36,287 nt of DNA from Trypethelium eluteriae. Lineage: Eukaryota. The stretch spans positions 1 to 36,287 of the forward strand of contig JAVECL010000204.1 in assembly GCA_051942245.1 (NCBI GenBank), written 5' to 3'. The notes under the pieces are model-generated. The model was given only the letters and a program-made list of their open reading frames with translations, was not told the origin of the DNA and made no database searches. Of this stretch, positions 1-11,960 are shown piece after piece; positions within the stretch are counted from its first letter, which is position 1; the number at the start of each line of letters is the position of its first letter. A program made the translations under genes and the position numbers.

Positions 1-313
1 TGATGTTGTAACAAACAACTGAATCGGAGGAAAGAACTCAATTGACCTATCTAGGTCGCCCGAGGTGCAGGCTGCTATATAGACCTCCCTATCTAGGTGA
101 GGGCGAAGGGAAAATGAACTAATAACTACAGGGCGTAAGGATCTACATGAAGGGATCCGAGCGCGCGTGAGATGTGGTAAACACCACCTCCGAGGCTATG
201 TTGATTGGATCTACTTCATGAACAACATCACAAAGATGTGACGGCGATAGACGAGGGTCCGCGAGCGTCTTAGCATTTTATTTATATCTGACTAGAGTCA
301 TGATGGATGTCAC

Positions 314-2338
314 CTATCGCCAGCTGTCGTAGAAAAAGTTCACAAGAAAGCTAGGCGGCGGAGATGATATCACAACATATAAAGACCTCGCCACCACTCC
401 CGCGCTACCCAGAAGAATATAATGATTTGAGGCAGCTCCTTTGGTAGAAGACCTGTCTGGAACATCGGTCAATGGATAGAGCTCTTGGTGACTAGGTAGC
501 ATGCTCCTTGTGAATTCATTAAAATGGAACGAGTGTGGCTCTAATACTATGTCCCTTTGCAGTCTGTCTTTACTAGTCGAGGATTCCAAGACCAAAACTG
601 AACTCTGGAATAGATCTCTGACACCCAAGTGATACCTGTTCCTATCGAGTAAGCCCCGCAGCAGAAAAACACGGACTTTCCCAAGACTTGATCAACAATT
701 TTCGATAATCACTCTCAGCTCTCCCGGCATAGAAATCGATATGTATATTAAAGACTTCACCGGACTCCAGTCCTCTATCACCTAGCCTAAAGTCCCGCCC
801 GGGCATGATTGGAAAGTTCACAGAGCAAATTCCTGCTTGGATTGGTACTATAACATCATCCATCTGCTCTGACCGATACATGCCAGGCTTGAACTCAAAC
901 CCATGTGTCCGTACTCGTAGCTGCTCTCTCTTACTGATAGAATGAGCGAAATCCGCAGAGTCAATGAGTCGATTCTTTCTGCTGGTAGCACTGAATGACG
1001 AGGTCGGAAATGAGCTAGCAACATGCACGATAGTGACAAGAAGAACGAAGTTTCGATCGTCTGAGCGACAACGGAGACTTTGGGGTAGAAATTGAAGTTG
1101 ATTCGAGACTCGCGAGTGACAAGTCGGTAAACGTCTTGTTTCTCGTTGGACAGCGATTCCCCGGGGTGGGGCTGGCCGAGTTTCGGATACAGACTATTGG
1201 AGATATCTGTGTGGTTGCGGGGAAAAGAGTCTCGGAAGTCTGGGAAGGCACCACCATCCCCATCATCTGGAACAGCCGTGTGCGCAAGATCGGAGGCCGG
1301 TAAAACTGCCATTGGAGTGATGGCTTGATACTCGTCAGGATCAAAGCCTTCCGTACGATGGAATTGGCCGCTAATGAGCGGTGTCGATGCCTGAACCGCT
1401 TCTACAGCAGCGACGTCGTCTACCTGATGTTTAGGCAAAAGTGACTCTTCCCAGAAAGAGCCTATGTTCCCTTGCTGGATTGGAGAGACGTTACTCAGAG
1501 TCAGTGGCGACTGTCTGTAACAATCCTGTGAGCAAAGTACGTGAGAGCTCTTCAATTGGCCCTCGGTGCTATCCAAATTCTGCGCGCGCATATTGGCCTT
1601 AGGTACCGTATACCGGTTGCTGGTGACATCATGGAGTTTGTTGCCGCTCGAAGTTGTATTCTCAACAGGAGTACAGAAGGGATACGCAAGAGTGGACCTG
1701 TCATAAGAATAGGTAGCAGTGGGCGAGCTCTCGTCAGCAAGGCCTTGAATTTCTTGGCTCCCATAGTCTGAGTTCGCTGAGTACAGCTCTCGTACTGGAT
1801 CCTCTAAGTGACATCCGTTCAGTCTCTTATCGACGACGTCTTGACTTCTTTCACTCCCATAGCCTGAGTCCCCTGAGTATAGTCCTTGCGTCGAGTCCTC
1901 CGAGTAACACACAGCCAGCCTCCCATCGCCCAGATTTTGTACATCGCGGAACCTGTCTTGGTGCAGCTTTGGGCTATTCGCGCCATCGCAGCGCTGATGG
2001 TGGGAAGTTTGAATAGAATTGGCATACTCCTTATTTCTGTGAGACGATGGTCTATATCCTGCTACCAGCTGGGTTGTACTTACATTACGAAAGCTCTGTT
2101 TGTGATGGCTAGCATCACAAGAAACGCTTGGCATGAATCTGGTATCGAAAGGATCTTTGTTGATATGATTCGAACCTCTGTTTCTCTTTTTCTCTGGACG
2201 ATCGCACTGGGTAGGTAGTCGAACGCAGACAGAGCAGGGCATGCTGACCGTGTCACATATGCTTTTCCTATGCACACCGAGATGAACGGGAAACCTAGTG
2301 GAAACTGGTGATGTGGCATTTGTATGGTTTACTAGCAA
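314..2338 (-). CDS. Multi-exon hypothetical protein: partial Zn2Cys6-like N-terminus, low-complexity middle, C-terminal beta-rich 'PGMY...VIVPIQ' domain
   Basis: The 496-aa ORF contains CDTVSMPCSVCVRLPTQC-DRPEKKRNRG (Cys3-6 spacing of a Zn2Cys6 cluster). A candidate Cys1-2 exon (VCNTC) lies upstream near 2405-2430. A plausible 50-nt intron (gtgcat..ccagcag, about 1028-979) joins it in frame to the 642..1028 ORF. Start, the join to 314..628 and the end are uncertain. Confidence 0.55.
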
Positions 2339-3352
2339 CTGCTAGTACAACGGTAAGCAGAGAAGTATCATCGTAGAAAATTTTCTCGAACGAGCTACTA
2401 ACCAAGAGGATCGAGCAGGTGTTGCAAACCTACAGATCACACATCGGAAGATTGTATGATAGCGATGTACCTGAAGGGAGTGATTTCGTGGGAACCAAGG
2501 ACCCAGTTCGACCAAGCTTGAATCTCCGTATGGGCTTTCTATTGAAATTTGAAGAAGGTTCGTGAATAGAGCCGAATTCCTCCATAGATAACATGAGACA
2601 AAGATCCCAACAATACTAATCTATCGGACAAGGTCCCACTCACCCCCCACTGTCAGCCATTGGTCAACAGAACTCACCACATCTCCTTGAGAAACGAAAT
2701 CAGATGTGACTCCCGCGATCAACCATTCTTTCGAGATTGTGGCGGACCAGGGTCATGCATCCGGACTTGGGCTTGGTGGCCGATCCACTAAGCACATTCT
2801 CTCCCTGAGTAAGTTGATCGCTTTTCGCGCCGATGTCACCCTACGGGATCATCACACCATCATGCCTGTGTAGGCTAGCAATCGGTTCAAACCACGTCTC
2901 AAGCACGATACGCTGCATTAGGATTACTGCACTTCTTTCATGGATTCGTCATTACTCAGAAACGCCAAACCAATGACAGTGACATCCTCAATCACCGTTC
3001 ATGGAAGTCCCTATGCGCAGACCATGCACCTTTGTTACCTACGCCGACTTCATTCCGCAGAGAATGAACTATTGGCCATGCAGCTATGACTATCGGCTCC
3101 AATTTCGATGATCCATGGAATTCCCCATCAACTGACACGGACTTTGGCGCACAAATGGCTGGTAATGATATGACAGATTCCTTCCGAGATAGGATGCTTC
3201 TGTCACATACTTAGCCAGGGTTTTGCGTTGCACCACATTGCGTCGAAATTGTACAGCGCGCTGGCACCATTCATTCTGCTCGAGGGTCACAGCACGTTCG
3301 GGTAAGAGTGATCATTCGTTGATACTAGCTATCGACTCTCGACAGTCACATC

Positions 3353-4473
3353 TCATCGATGTTGGTGAATGTCAAGAAGAAAATGGGTCATCAGAAGTGA
3401 ACCTTCGGAGATCTCGACTGCTGATGTAGGTCGAATTAGCTACATACCATACCTTTTCTCTGGATTACCGTTATAATCCTCGCAGAAAAGTCCATCAACT
3501 GTCGCTCCTGATTCAAGGACTACGTAAGAGCCAATAATTCCAAAACCGTAGTCTGTAGCATCCCTCACGATATGTTCCTTTGCCTCGTCAGCATCCCCAA
3601 ATTTGCGGACCCTATATGCTGGAGTACAGTGTCCAATTTGAGCTGACGATTTGACTGTCTCGAAGATCGTGGTTTGCACGACACAGAATGCAAGGATAGC
3701 GTCGCTCGGTTTGCAACGAAAGGCGTAGCCGATATCGATAGCCAATATCTTTGGTTGACGACAGAAGTTTCCGAATGAGACTTCTGATCCGTCCGCGTAG
3801 TGCCACCGCTCACCGACGAGTTCGAAAAGTGTTGGTATTCTGACAGTGAGGGATTTGAACGACCTGGGTACCTTGCGCATTACGGTTCCAGTCCGAACTT
3901 GGCTGCCTGCTTGGATAAACGCTACTTTTGTCGTAGCTTCCTGCTTGAATAAGTCTGAAGCATTGCGAACCTCCGGGAGAACCTCCGTGTCCACTGTCTG
4001 TGGATCCAAAAATGACAGACTGTTCGAACTGTTAACCTTGGCTACCCACAAGGCATTTGGTTTGTTGTGTATTTTCCAGTTGTCAGGAGTAAGTAAGACT
4101 GGCGCGGTGTGGAACAGAATTCTAGTCCCCTTTGGCTTATTCAGTTTGGACAGCACTGTACGTTCCATATCCTATCTAATGTCAGCAGTCATCTATGTAG
4201 CGTCATGTAAAGAAAACTTTACGTCGAGACTATTTTTCTCATCATACGTGACCTGTAAGCCTATGCTTTCATCGCAATTATCTCGAACTTGAATATAGAG
4301 CAGCTTGAAGCTCTCCTGATCAAATGAAGGCGAAGTGCATTGCACCTTTTCCTAAGAGAAATCAACCGTCTGAATGCACTGAGATGGACTTGTCATACCG
4401 AAGACGTTTCGTACAGTTGCTCAGGACCAGGATTAAGAGCACCATTATCCTGCTCGGCATTTCCCTTCGTCAT
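3353..4473 (-). CDS. Four-exon hypothetical protein
   Basis: ATG at 4473 (MTKGNAEQ). Three 47-51 nt introns (gtatga..ttag, gtaaag..ctgac..tag, gtaatc..gctaat..cag) join in frame with the 242-aa ORF 3440..4168. Ends ...HFLLDIHQHR-TGA at 3353. Confidence 0.65.
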
Positions 4474-4944
4474 GTCGAGAAGGCAAGTTTAAGCGGCAAG
4501 AGTGATATCAACCAAAATGCTTTGAGGTCAGCGACACTTTTATGATGAACTCGGTGGCATATAGATGAGTGCTATGTTGCATTAATGGCATGTTTGCGTC
4601 ACAAACACACTGAACGGTGAAGAGGCCCCCCAGTAGGGTCTAAAGTTGCATGCAGTCAGCCATTAAACCATACGTCTGGGAAGCTATACACCGCCTGATC
4701 CGATTTGAGATTTGGTACTTGTTGGTCTCTACCGGACCCCCGTGGGGAGCGAGGGTGAGGGAAGCAAGGCAAACCGGCAGGTCAACAAATCAAAATCAAG
4801 GAAAAGTTCCATGCAGAACGCTTCCTTTGTCTTCCACTAGCTCACCCCTCGACACGTCATCACTTGTGAATCTAACTCGAATGGTCCCTGTTGCATTATC
4901 CGCATTGTATCCCATCAAACATTGGCTGTGAGACTGGTCGTCAT

Positions 4945-5646
4945 TCAGCTGATTTGAGATATCATATGTCCACACCGATATTGCTGATTTAACTTCTCCA
5001 ATTTCATCACGTCTTCCAGCAAACCTTCTTCCTGCATTACTTTGTGAAAACGAAAATACCTTTGCAGATTTGTCAATGGGAATTCAACCCGATTCCATTT
5101 CTCTTCAAAGCACTGCGGTTCTTTGTACTGGCTGAAGAATGCGTTCACTCGACCGTCCTCAGCATAATTTGCAGATCTCTCTATGTTTCTCAACTCCATT
5201 CGAGGTTGACTCTCGGTACTTGAAAGATCTTCTGTAGGGGCAGGCGCTGGGTCCTTGCTTTGGCCATATTGATGTTGCGTGAGGCTTTTGATATCTATAC
5301 CAAGACATGAGGACCCATAGCTTGTAGGACATACGCGGAGCTTACCTATGTAAGTATTCGAAGCCATTGGTAAGTCACGCAAAGAGTTAGACTGTTTGAC
5401 CTTGCGATTTGCACCCTGACCGGGAAGATGCCCGGCAACTAGTGCTAGGGGAGGTGGCATAGAGATGACAGACGGGTAGGAGTCTTTTTCATCATTTCGA
5501 TTGTGTGATGGGAGGGGAGAATGCGATCGGGCACCTCGCTTTCCAACGGCGAAGGTTTGAAGATAGGTAAAAAGGCGAGAGATCCAATCCAAGAGAGACA
5601 TCAGACTGATTGGTGAGAAAGCAGACAGATTCGAGCATGCGGGCAT
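4945..5646 (-). CDS. Hypothetical protein (233 aa)
   Basis: ATG-initiated ORF with an AT-rich TATA-like stretch upstream (about 5680-5690). The C-terminus looks helical; no family recognised. Confidence 0.6.
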   Translation of the reverse strand: MPACSNLSAFSPISLMSLLDWISRLFTYLQTFAVGKRGARSHSPLPSHNRNDEKDSYPSVISMPPPLALVAGHLPGQGANRKVKQSNSLRDLPMASNTYIGKLRVCPTSYGSSCLGIDIKSLTQHQYGQSKDPAPAPTEDLSSTESQPRMELRNIERSANYAEDGRVNAFFSQYKEPQCFEEKWNRVEFPLTNLQRYFRFHKVMQEEGLLEDVMKLEKLNQQYRCGHMISQIS

Positions 5647-6683
5647 AGGTATTGTGAAGCAAGGCCCGCTACAGTATCAATATATATGTGTATGTAAGCC
5701 AGCGCACTTGCTGCTCCTATCATTACAACATACTTCCCTCCATCCTACCTCTTCTCATTAGCGGCATGGGTTAAGCGAAACAATTCTTTGAAGGACGGGT
5801 CCCGCACTATGCATCCGGTTGGAATTGCGGTGAGTCGGCTTAATACGAAGTAACAGCTTTGTCGGATTAGGGCTAGGCCTTCGCTTGATGAGGAAGAACA
5901 ATAATATCCCTTGATCGATGGTTCTCGATTGCTGTCACAATCCTCGTGGAAAATCAGGGGCCCTCAAAAGCAATTAGTGTGTCTGGGCATATATGACTGT
6001 TAATTTCAGACAACGATGGGAAGGTTTGACCGCGCGTGCAGAGACGGGGTGGCTATCGTACCATGGCCTGACTCCTGGTGTACTCTAGAGTATCCTGATC
6101 CTTTGCAACCCCTCTCACCCCCGATTTGCAGAATTGAAACCCTGCTTCGTGTTTGATGGTGGCGCGGCTTGTCATGCATGATTGATGGAGCAAATGTAGG
6201 GGTTAGCTGGCTGTCGCTCGAAACTTGCAATTCGGGTGAGCGAGTCGTCCAGTGGAAGATTCGCTAACCCCAATTGCATGTGCCGCGCCTCGACTGACCG
6301 TGGTCCTGGGATATCACTGCGTTGCCTCTTCCCTTCCGCCTTGTTGTCACGTCTAGCTGCTTGACTTGCCGACCTTCGGCTCACTGACGTATGTTCGCCT
6401 TCTCATTGCTGTCCTATACGTGGTTCCTCCGACTGACATGCTTACTATAGGCAATTGCTGTATTGACTATGCCGCGGCAACGAGTACAATTTCACGTTAT
6501 CGCAATATGCGAGATCGGAATCACGCCGACTCTCGGATACTCAACCAGCGATACTCTAAGCCTTCTTCAAGTCTGAACCTATACATTGAAGAGACTAATA
6601 ACGACGGTCTACATACCATTCCATAGTAATGGAAAATCTCAATGATGATTGTTCTCTCATCTCCGGATGTCTAGGGAATACAT

Positions 6684-7466
6684 ATGCCGAAAGAGTCTGC
6701 ATCGGAATTTACCTCGGGCCGAGACGAGATCTGTCACGTCATCGCTCATCGCGACAACTCCGAAGCTGGCTTCTCTCAGACTCACCTGACGGGCATAAGT
6801 CGGCTCAATCTTTACAAAATGCACTTAGCAAAACCCATCATCTCCGCGGAACAATACAATCGCATCGAGAACCTTGATGAGCCAGACAACATAACAGTGC
6901 CAAGTGCAGTTCTCGATCAACTTGCATCTCTCTTCATCCAGCATCAGATGCATGATGGATACTGTATCGAACTCCTTCATCGACACATATATCTACAACC
7001 GGGCATGGTTATGATCCATACTTGGTTAAAACCAAATACATATAGATGTTCAGCTCAAGATCTTGAAAGTTCCAATGATCTTCAACTCTATCCATATTCA
7101 AGCTACCTTGACATGGAGCAGAAACACTTTCAGCCGTTCGAATACACGCTTTCCCCACCACGGATGAGTCCTACTGAGGAATTTCTCCATGATTTAACCG
7201 AGATTCTCATCTCTTATGGGCTTTGTGATACACTTGTACTTTCAAGAAGGTGGCAGGAGGACACACCTCAGTTGGTTGATGAATATCTGCTTGCAGACGG
7301 TAGTGGCATGATATGCATCCCCAGAGATCCTTCAAAGAATCATGTTCAAAGGATCACAACAGCTTGGACTTTTATTGGGGACGCGCAATCTCCAAGAGCG
7401 GTTAAAAGCAAGGGATGTGTCCGTCAGGAAGGAGGCAGGCACGATGTCAAGTATGGCTGGGCTTGA
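6684..7466 (+). CDS. Fungal hypothetical protein with LF-x2-H...LLHRH...PFEY...TAW...C-x6-H motifs
   Basis: Intact 260-aa ORF; the real start may be Met46 (MHLAKP). The motif set resembles an uncharacterised family I recall from accessory regions of ascomycetes (not verified). Confidence 0.7.
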   Translation: MPKESASEFTSGRDEICHVIAHRDNSEAGFSQTHLTGISRLNLYKMHLAKPIISAEQYNRIENLDEPDNITVPSAVLDQLASLFIQHQMHDGYCIELLHRHIYLQPGMVMIHTWLKPNTYRCSAQDLESSNDLQLYPYSSYLDMEQKHFQPFEYTLSPPRMSPTEEFLHDLTEILISYGLCDTLVLSRRWQEDTPQLVDEYLLADGSGMICIPRDPSKNHVQRITTAWTFIGDAQSPRAVKSKGCVRQEGGRHDVKYGWA

Positions 7467-7650
7467 GACAAACTTTGTTCACAACTATCGACCGATAAGG
7501 TTCATCTATAAGGAATTGATGCTTTGGCTGTGTTTTTTGGGAATCTCTTCTCTAGGCGTGGAGTTTTCGCGATTGTGAAAGTTGCACTTTCAGCGTAGGT
7601 CAAATCTATGACTTATTCGGCACACCCAAGGAGAGGGCCCTTCCATTTCG

Positions 7651-7690
7651 TGCACGTGACTTCAAAGGTACCTTGCCTTAGGTACCTAGC
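7651..7690. promoter_or_regulatory. CACGTG plus tandem AGGTACCT palindromes upstream of the 7853 gene
   Basis: cacgtg at 7653-7658, aggtacct at 7666-7673, taggtaccta at 7679-7688. The same combination recurs at 15138-15203. Confidence 0.4.
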
Positions 7691-7852
7691 TAGTAATGTT
7701 GCCTAAGCTTTTCGGTCCGCAACCTAGTTGCCACACATTCGATCATTCTCACCATAGACCACTAATCTCATCTTGTATTTGTTGTGAGATTCGTCCCACC
7801 TCTGACAGAGCTCTCCCGTTGCTATCGAAGTAACATCTACTTTTGTGCTGTG

Positions 7853-8468
7853 ATGATCTCGATAAAAGACATCCTCATAGACGACCCTGCAGAGACGTGC
7901 AGCGCGGAATTCGTCCCTAATACAACCGCACGATCGGATCCAAAGTCGCCTCTAGGCGTCAAAGAAAAACTGGTAGATGAAGCAAGATCTATCTACGAAT
8001 CAACAAAAGTCGCCAAAGAATATGAAGAACTCCCGTATAACCCATTCCCCTTTCAGATCCTTGAGCACAACATAATTGGACGGAAAATTGTGGATGAGTG
8101 GGTATTGGTTCGATTGGACGTCGCTTTGTTCAAGGTTTCTGTACTAACTTCCATAGCATACAAGTAATCTTGAACAAGCAGCAGCTCAAGTCGGTAGACC
8201 TATTAAGGATGCAGTAGAGATCATCATCAGCTGGTCTGCTATTCGAACAGCGAGATTGTCTCAGATTGGAAGAATTAAGCAAGGATTAGGAGGCAATGAG
8301 CAAAGCCAATCAGTTGCAGTGTTATTGTCTCTTGACAATTATGGGAACACGCTTCTTCACGATGTTGAACTGAATAAAGGAGAATTTGTGTGTCTAGACG
8401 GCAAGGCCGTAGTAAGCTTCGCTGGGGTGGAAGGAAGGCTCGCTATACTGTTCACCTTGAAAATTTGA
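7853..8468 (+). CDS. Two-exon hypothetical protein (about 186 aa) with beta-rich C-terminus
   Basis: ATG at 7853 (MISIKDIL). Intron 8102-8156 (gtattg..tactaac..atag) joins in frame to the 8256..8468 ORF. Confidence 0.75.
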
Positions 8469-9857
8469 AGCTTCTCCACATTCAAGAGAAAGAAGTATCG
8501 CGAGCAAATGAACAATATTGGGTAGATGGGATTTGCCAAAGCGAGTATTGGTAGCTGTTCTTGGTATCGACCTTCTCCGTAGTCTCTTCGGTCAAAGTTA
8601 GCGTGCGCTTCGCTGCAAATATTATTTGAGTAGTCTTTGGGCTTTAGGATAACCATCCGCTGCACTCTATTGCCGTACATGGAATTGCGGATAAGACGCA
8701 GATGTTCAATAAGGTTTACAAAGGTGGGTTGCCTTTCTACGAAAGTCCCTAGCAACGCGTGGGACAGTACAGACCTGCGCATACACCTCATTTGCGCGTT
8801 TTTTGCGGAGCGTTCCGCAGAGCTATTGGTTGATCTTTGGTGCGGTGGCTATTATTTGCCCAGTTCGGCCTGGATGAAATCAGAGACTTCGCCTCCTTAA
8901 TCTCGTCAGTTCGATAAGATCTATGGAAGCGCCAAGGAGAGCGGCGGCAGCGGCCCAAGAAAGGAGCACGGCCCTGTTCGAAGTGCGGATAGCCGCGGCC
9001 AAGCGATGCTCTGCTACCGACAACAGCCGATAACCCCGGCCCTAATACTATTCTCTTTTCGCCAAACCACAAGCTTAGGTCCCACAAAGGTTAGGCGGCT
9101 TTGGCTAACGTGCCCACCTGAACGATTCTCGCATTCAAGCATCATTTGCGAAGAATTGATCGTTCGGCCGACTATTTCATTTAGGGCCATACTCTACTGA
9201 ATGATACCAAATTCACAAGGAACCGTAGTGACGAGGAAGACGGAGTCATACAGATCATTGACTAGAGCAACTATTCTTGGCTACTTGCTGATCCCATGCA
9301 TTTGAACAAATACGATTGTAATGATCTCTTTTTCGATGTACAGTTATCGTGAAAGTCCTTCTACGTCTCCATTCTCCAAGACTCCCAGAGCAACATCCAA
9401 AGGTACATGCTGAATCAACAAATACGCTTCTTCCAACATGATCAAGAAGCGAGCAGATCGAAGAACACTAAGAGAATCTACCAGGACATAGTTCAAATAT
9501 CGGCAATAATACGCCTGGTCCGTGTGAAAGTTTGAGTCTCTGTCTCAGTCGAACTCTGACTTCGGTTATTTACGGGGCCAGATGTTGAACTATTGGTCTG
9601 ATGCGCACCTGTGCAATTGGCTTAAAGTATGTACTTCGTCCCCAATCTATGAAAAGTGGCAAGCCAAGGAGACAGCTGCGTTTTCTCGATCTGGATGATA
9701 GATTAGAGGCGAATAGAGCTTGGGGTTTCAGGGTTTCATGTTGTACTAACGACTGGAATCGCTGAGTGAGGCTTGGTGAAAGAGGTACATGTCTCCGTGG
9801 TTTTGGCGGTGGCTCTGGCTTGGGTGTGCCAGTCAGATCGTAGGCACCGCGTGCCAT
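8357..9857 (-). pseudogene. Degenerate 'KLVVW' family gene, copy 1
   Basis: Exon-like ORF 9570..9857, then frames interrupted by stops, containing GPKLVVWRK (9056-9080), which matches the copies at 20.3 kb and 26.7 kb. Boundaries are uncertain. Confidence 0.35.
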
Positions 9858-10278
9858 TTTGGTTGCGAATAGTTCCGCAGTGAGGCTTTGCGAAGATCAA
9901 AGGTCAAACATCGACCTAGATCGGACCTAAGAGTTTATATGTTCGCGAGTCATGTCGAATAGTTTGAAGTGACTGATAACGTGCTGGGTGCAGAAGGCGG
10001 ATCATGAGCTTTCTCTCTGGTCTAGCTATGCAAGCCACGTCGGCCCTGGATCCACTCATCAATTTCAGCAAGTACAGCTCATTTACCGTCGGCCAATGAT
10101 GCTACTCAGGAGTATACTGTGACAAATGAAGTATATCTAGTGTCGTACTAAACTATCGGACGTTGGTCACTGCAGATATGAAATTTGCAAAGCTTTGCCT
10201 AATTAAGGAGGCGCATCTATTTCTACGTATATCATCCGATCAAAAACAAGAATAATCAAAAATACGCGTACTCCGATG

Positions 10279-11960
10279 TCACGGAGCGTGGGCCCCCATG
10301 CCCCTGAGAGCTCGTAAATTTCCAATTTCCATACCGAGCTTCACGTATTCGCTGTTGGCTCTCAAATAGTCATCAAGTCCATCCGGTTGCAAAGTGGTAA
10401 TGTAGATGAATTTGAAAAATGTCCACACCCAACTGTAATAACTTGGCATGCCTAACGGGCTTGTGAGAGCCAGTAAATTCGCCAAATCCGGATAAGAAAA
10501 GATGACACGCAAAGATAGCAGGGAATCAACATCTGTAATCTTCTGCTCCTTTGGAGTATATAAAACAATCAAGTACATTGCTTTCTCCAGCAACTTCTAA
10601 TCATTGTGTCAGTGTAAGAGAGTTTGGAAGAAGAAGGACATCATGCCATCTGGACTTTCAAGTGATCTACCGTAAAACGGTTGTGTAGTGCAAGTCGCAA
10701 GTCGTTAAAGCTTGTCGGCATGGGCTGTGGCTCAGGGATAAAAGTGCACTGGCATGACTCAAAAGAGCACTGGAGCTCGTCAGATAAATGATCATATATT
10801 CGAGTGGAGCACGTACGGCGGCGGATTCACCCATCATCAGGGAATATTTTTCAAAAACTTCGGGTAGAGTAAGGTTTCCCATTCTGAAAACTCTGACAAA
10901 GGTGGGGACGCAAACCAACTTTCAAAAGTGATCGCAGGGAGGAAGGAGAAATCCGACAGCTATGGACCATTTCTAGAGGCAAAGGAGCGGCTCTCGCCTG
11001 GTGCCATGATCTCCAAAAGCCTAGGGTAAAAGACTGGATGAAGAGCACGCCGCTGCTCCATTCAACTTGAGACTACAAGCGCATACGCAAATCGGCTAAC
11101 CTATATCGAGGGACCAGCAAGATGGCTCCCATATAAGTATTGGCGAGCTTATCCATCTTGCTGCGTCGCTACCCTGTCGCAAGGTCAATGGCTGCCCATG
11201 TATGTGATCGGGCTTTCTGCTGGTCTCTGATGTAGGTGCGGCAAAATTATAGCCTTGAATGTAGCTTCTGTAGATCAGTTTTGCCATAATAGGGGGCCAA
11301 CATGATGGCTTCCGGATATAGGTTAGCAAGCCTTTTCACTTTTGCTCTGTTATTAGGCATGGGTTTCCCATGCCACAATGTTTATGGCGGTCCGTGTACT
11401 TTTTTTTAGTCTCTAGTGCTGGTGCTGGTGCGGCAGGCTGCGGCTTTGACTGTAGCTTCTGCAGATCAGCTTTGCCATAATGAGGGGCCAACATGATGGC
11501 TCCCGGATATAGGTTAGCGAGCCTTTTTACTTTTGCTCCGTTATTAAGCATGGGTTTCCCATGCCACGATGTTCATGGCGGTCCGTGTACCCTTTTTTGG
11601 TCTCTAGTGCTGGTGCGCCAGGCCCCGGCTTTGACTGCAGCTTCTGCAGGTCAGCTTTGCCATAATGAGGGGCCAACATGATGGCTCCCGGATATAGATT
11701 AGCGAGCTTTTTCACTTTTGCTTCCGTCACAAGACATGGGTCTACCATGCCACGAGGTCCATGCATTGGTCTGGGGCGATGATGCAGGCCCCTGAATGTG
11801 CAGGTTAGCCCTCTCGTATGGAGGGGCCAACCACCTTTGCTCCGTCACTAGGCATAGGTGGTCTGTTGTATCCCTTGCTGCCTTTGCTGCCTTTGCTGTC
11901 TTCGCTGCCTTCTCTGCCTTCCGGAGATAATGGGTGATAATGGGCGACCTCTATCCATCG
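10279..11960 (-). pseudogene. Fragmented multi-exon gene with internally repeated exon/intron units
   Basis: Chain of short same-strand ORFs (10279..10593, 10667..10918, 10851..11048 and the repeat ORFs) with in-frame stops in the repeated units. Confidence 0.35.
11262..11856. repeat. Imperfect tandem repeat of about 190 nt, about 3 units plus a partial unit
   Basis: The block agcttctg..tttgccataat..ggccaacatgatggct..ggatata..ttagc occurs at about 11262, 11453 and 11638. The block tttgctc..catgggt..ccatgccac occurs at about 11341, 11532 and 11716, with a partial copy at 11836. Confidence 0.9.

Noticed and set aside
3690..3750. ILAIDIG as a RuvC/RNase H (Fanzor/TnpB or resolvase) motif
   Set aside because: Only one short motif. 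No recognisable further catalytic motifs, zinc finger or element ends; it fits an ordinary beta strand.
11340..11780. WHGKPM repeats as an alpha-type pheromone precursor
   Set aside because: No clear signal peptide, no regular KR-flanked peptides and no WC..GQxC consensus; the units contain stops.
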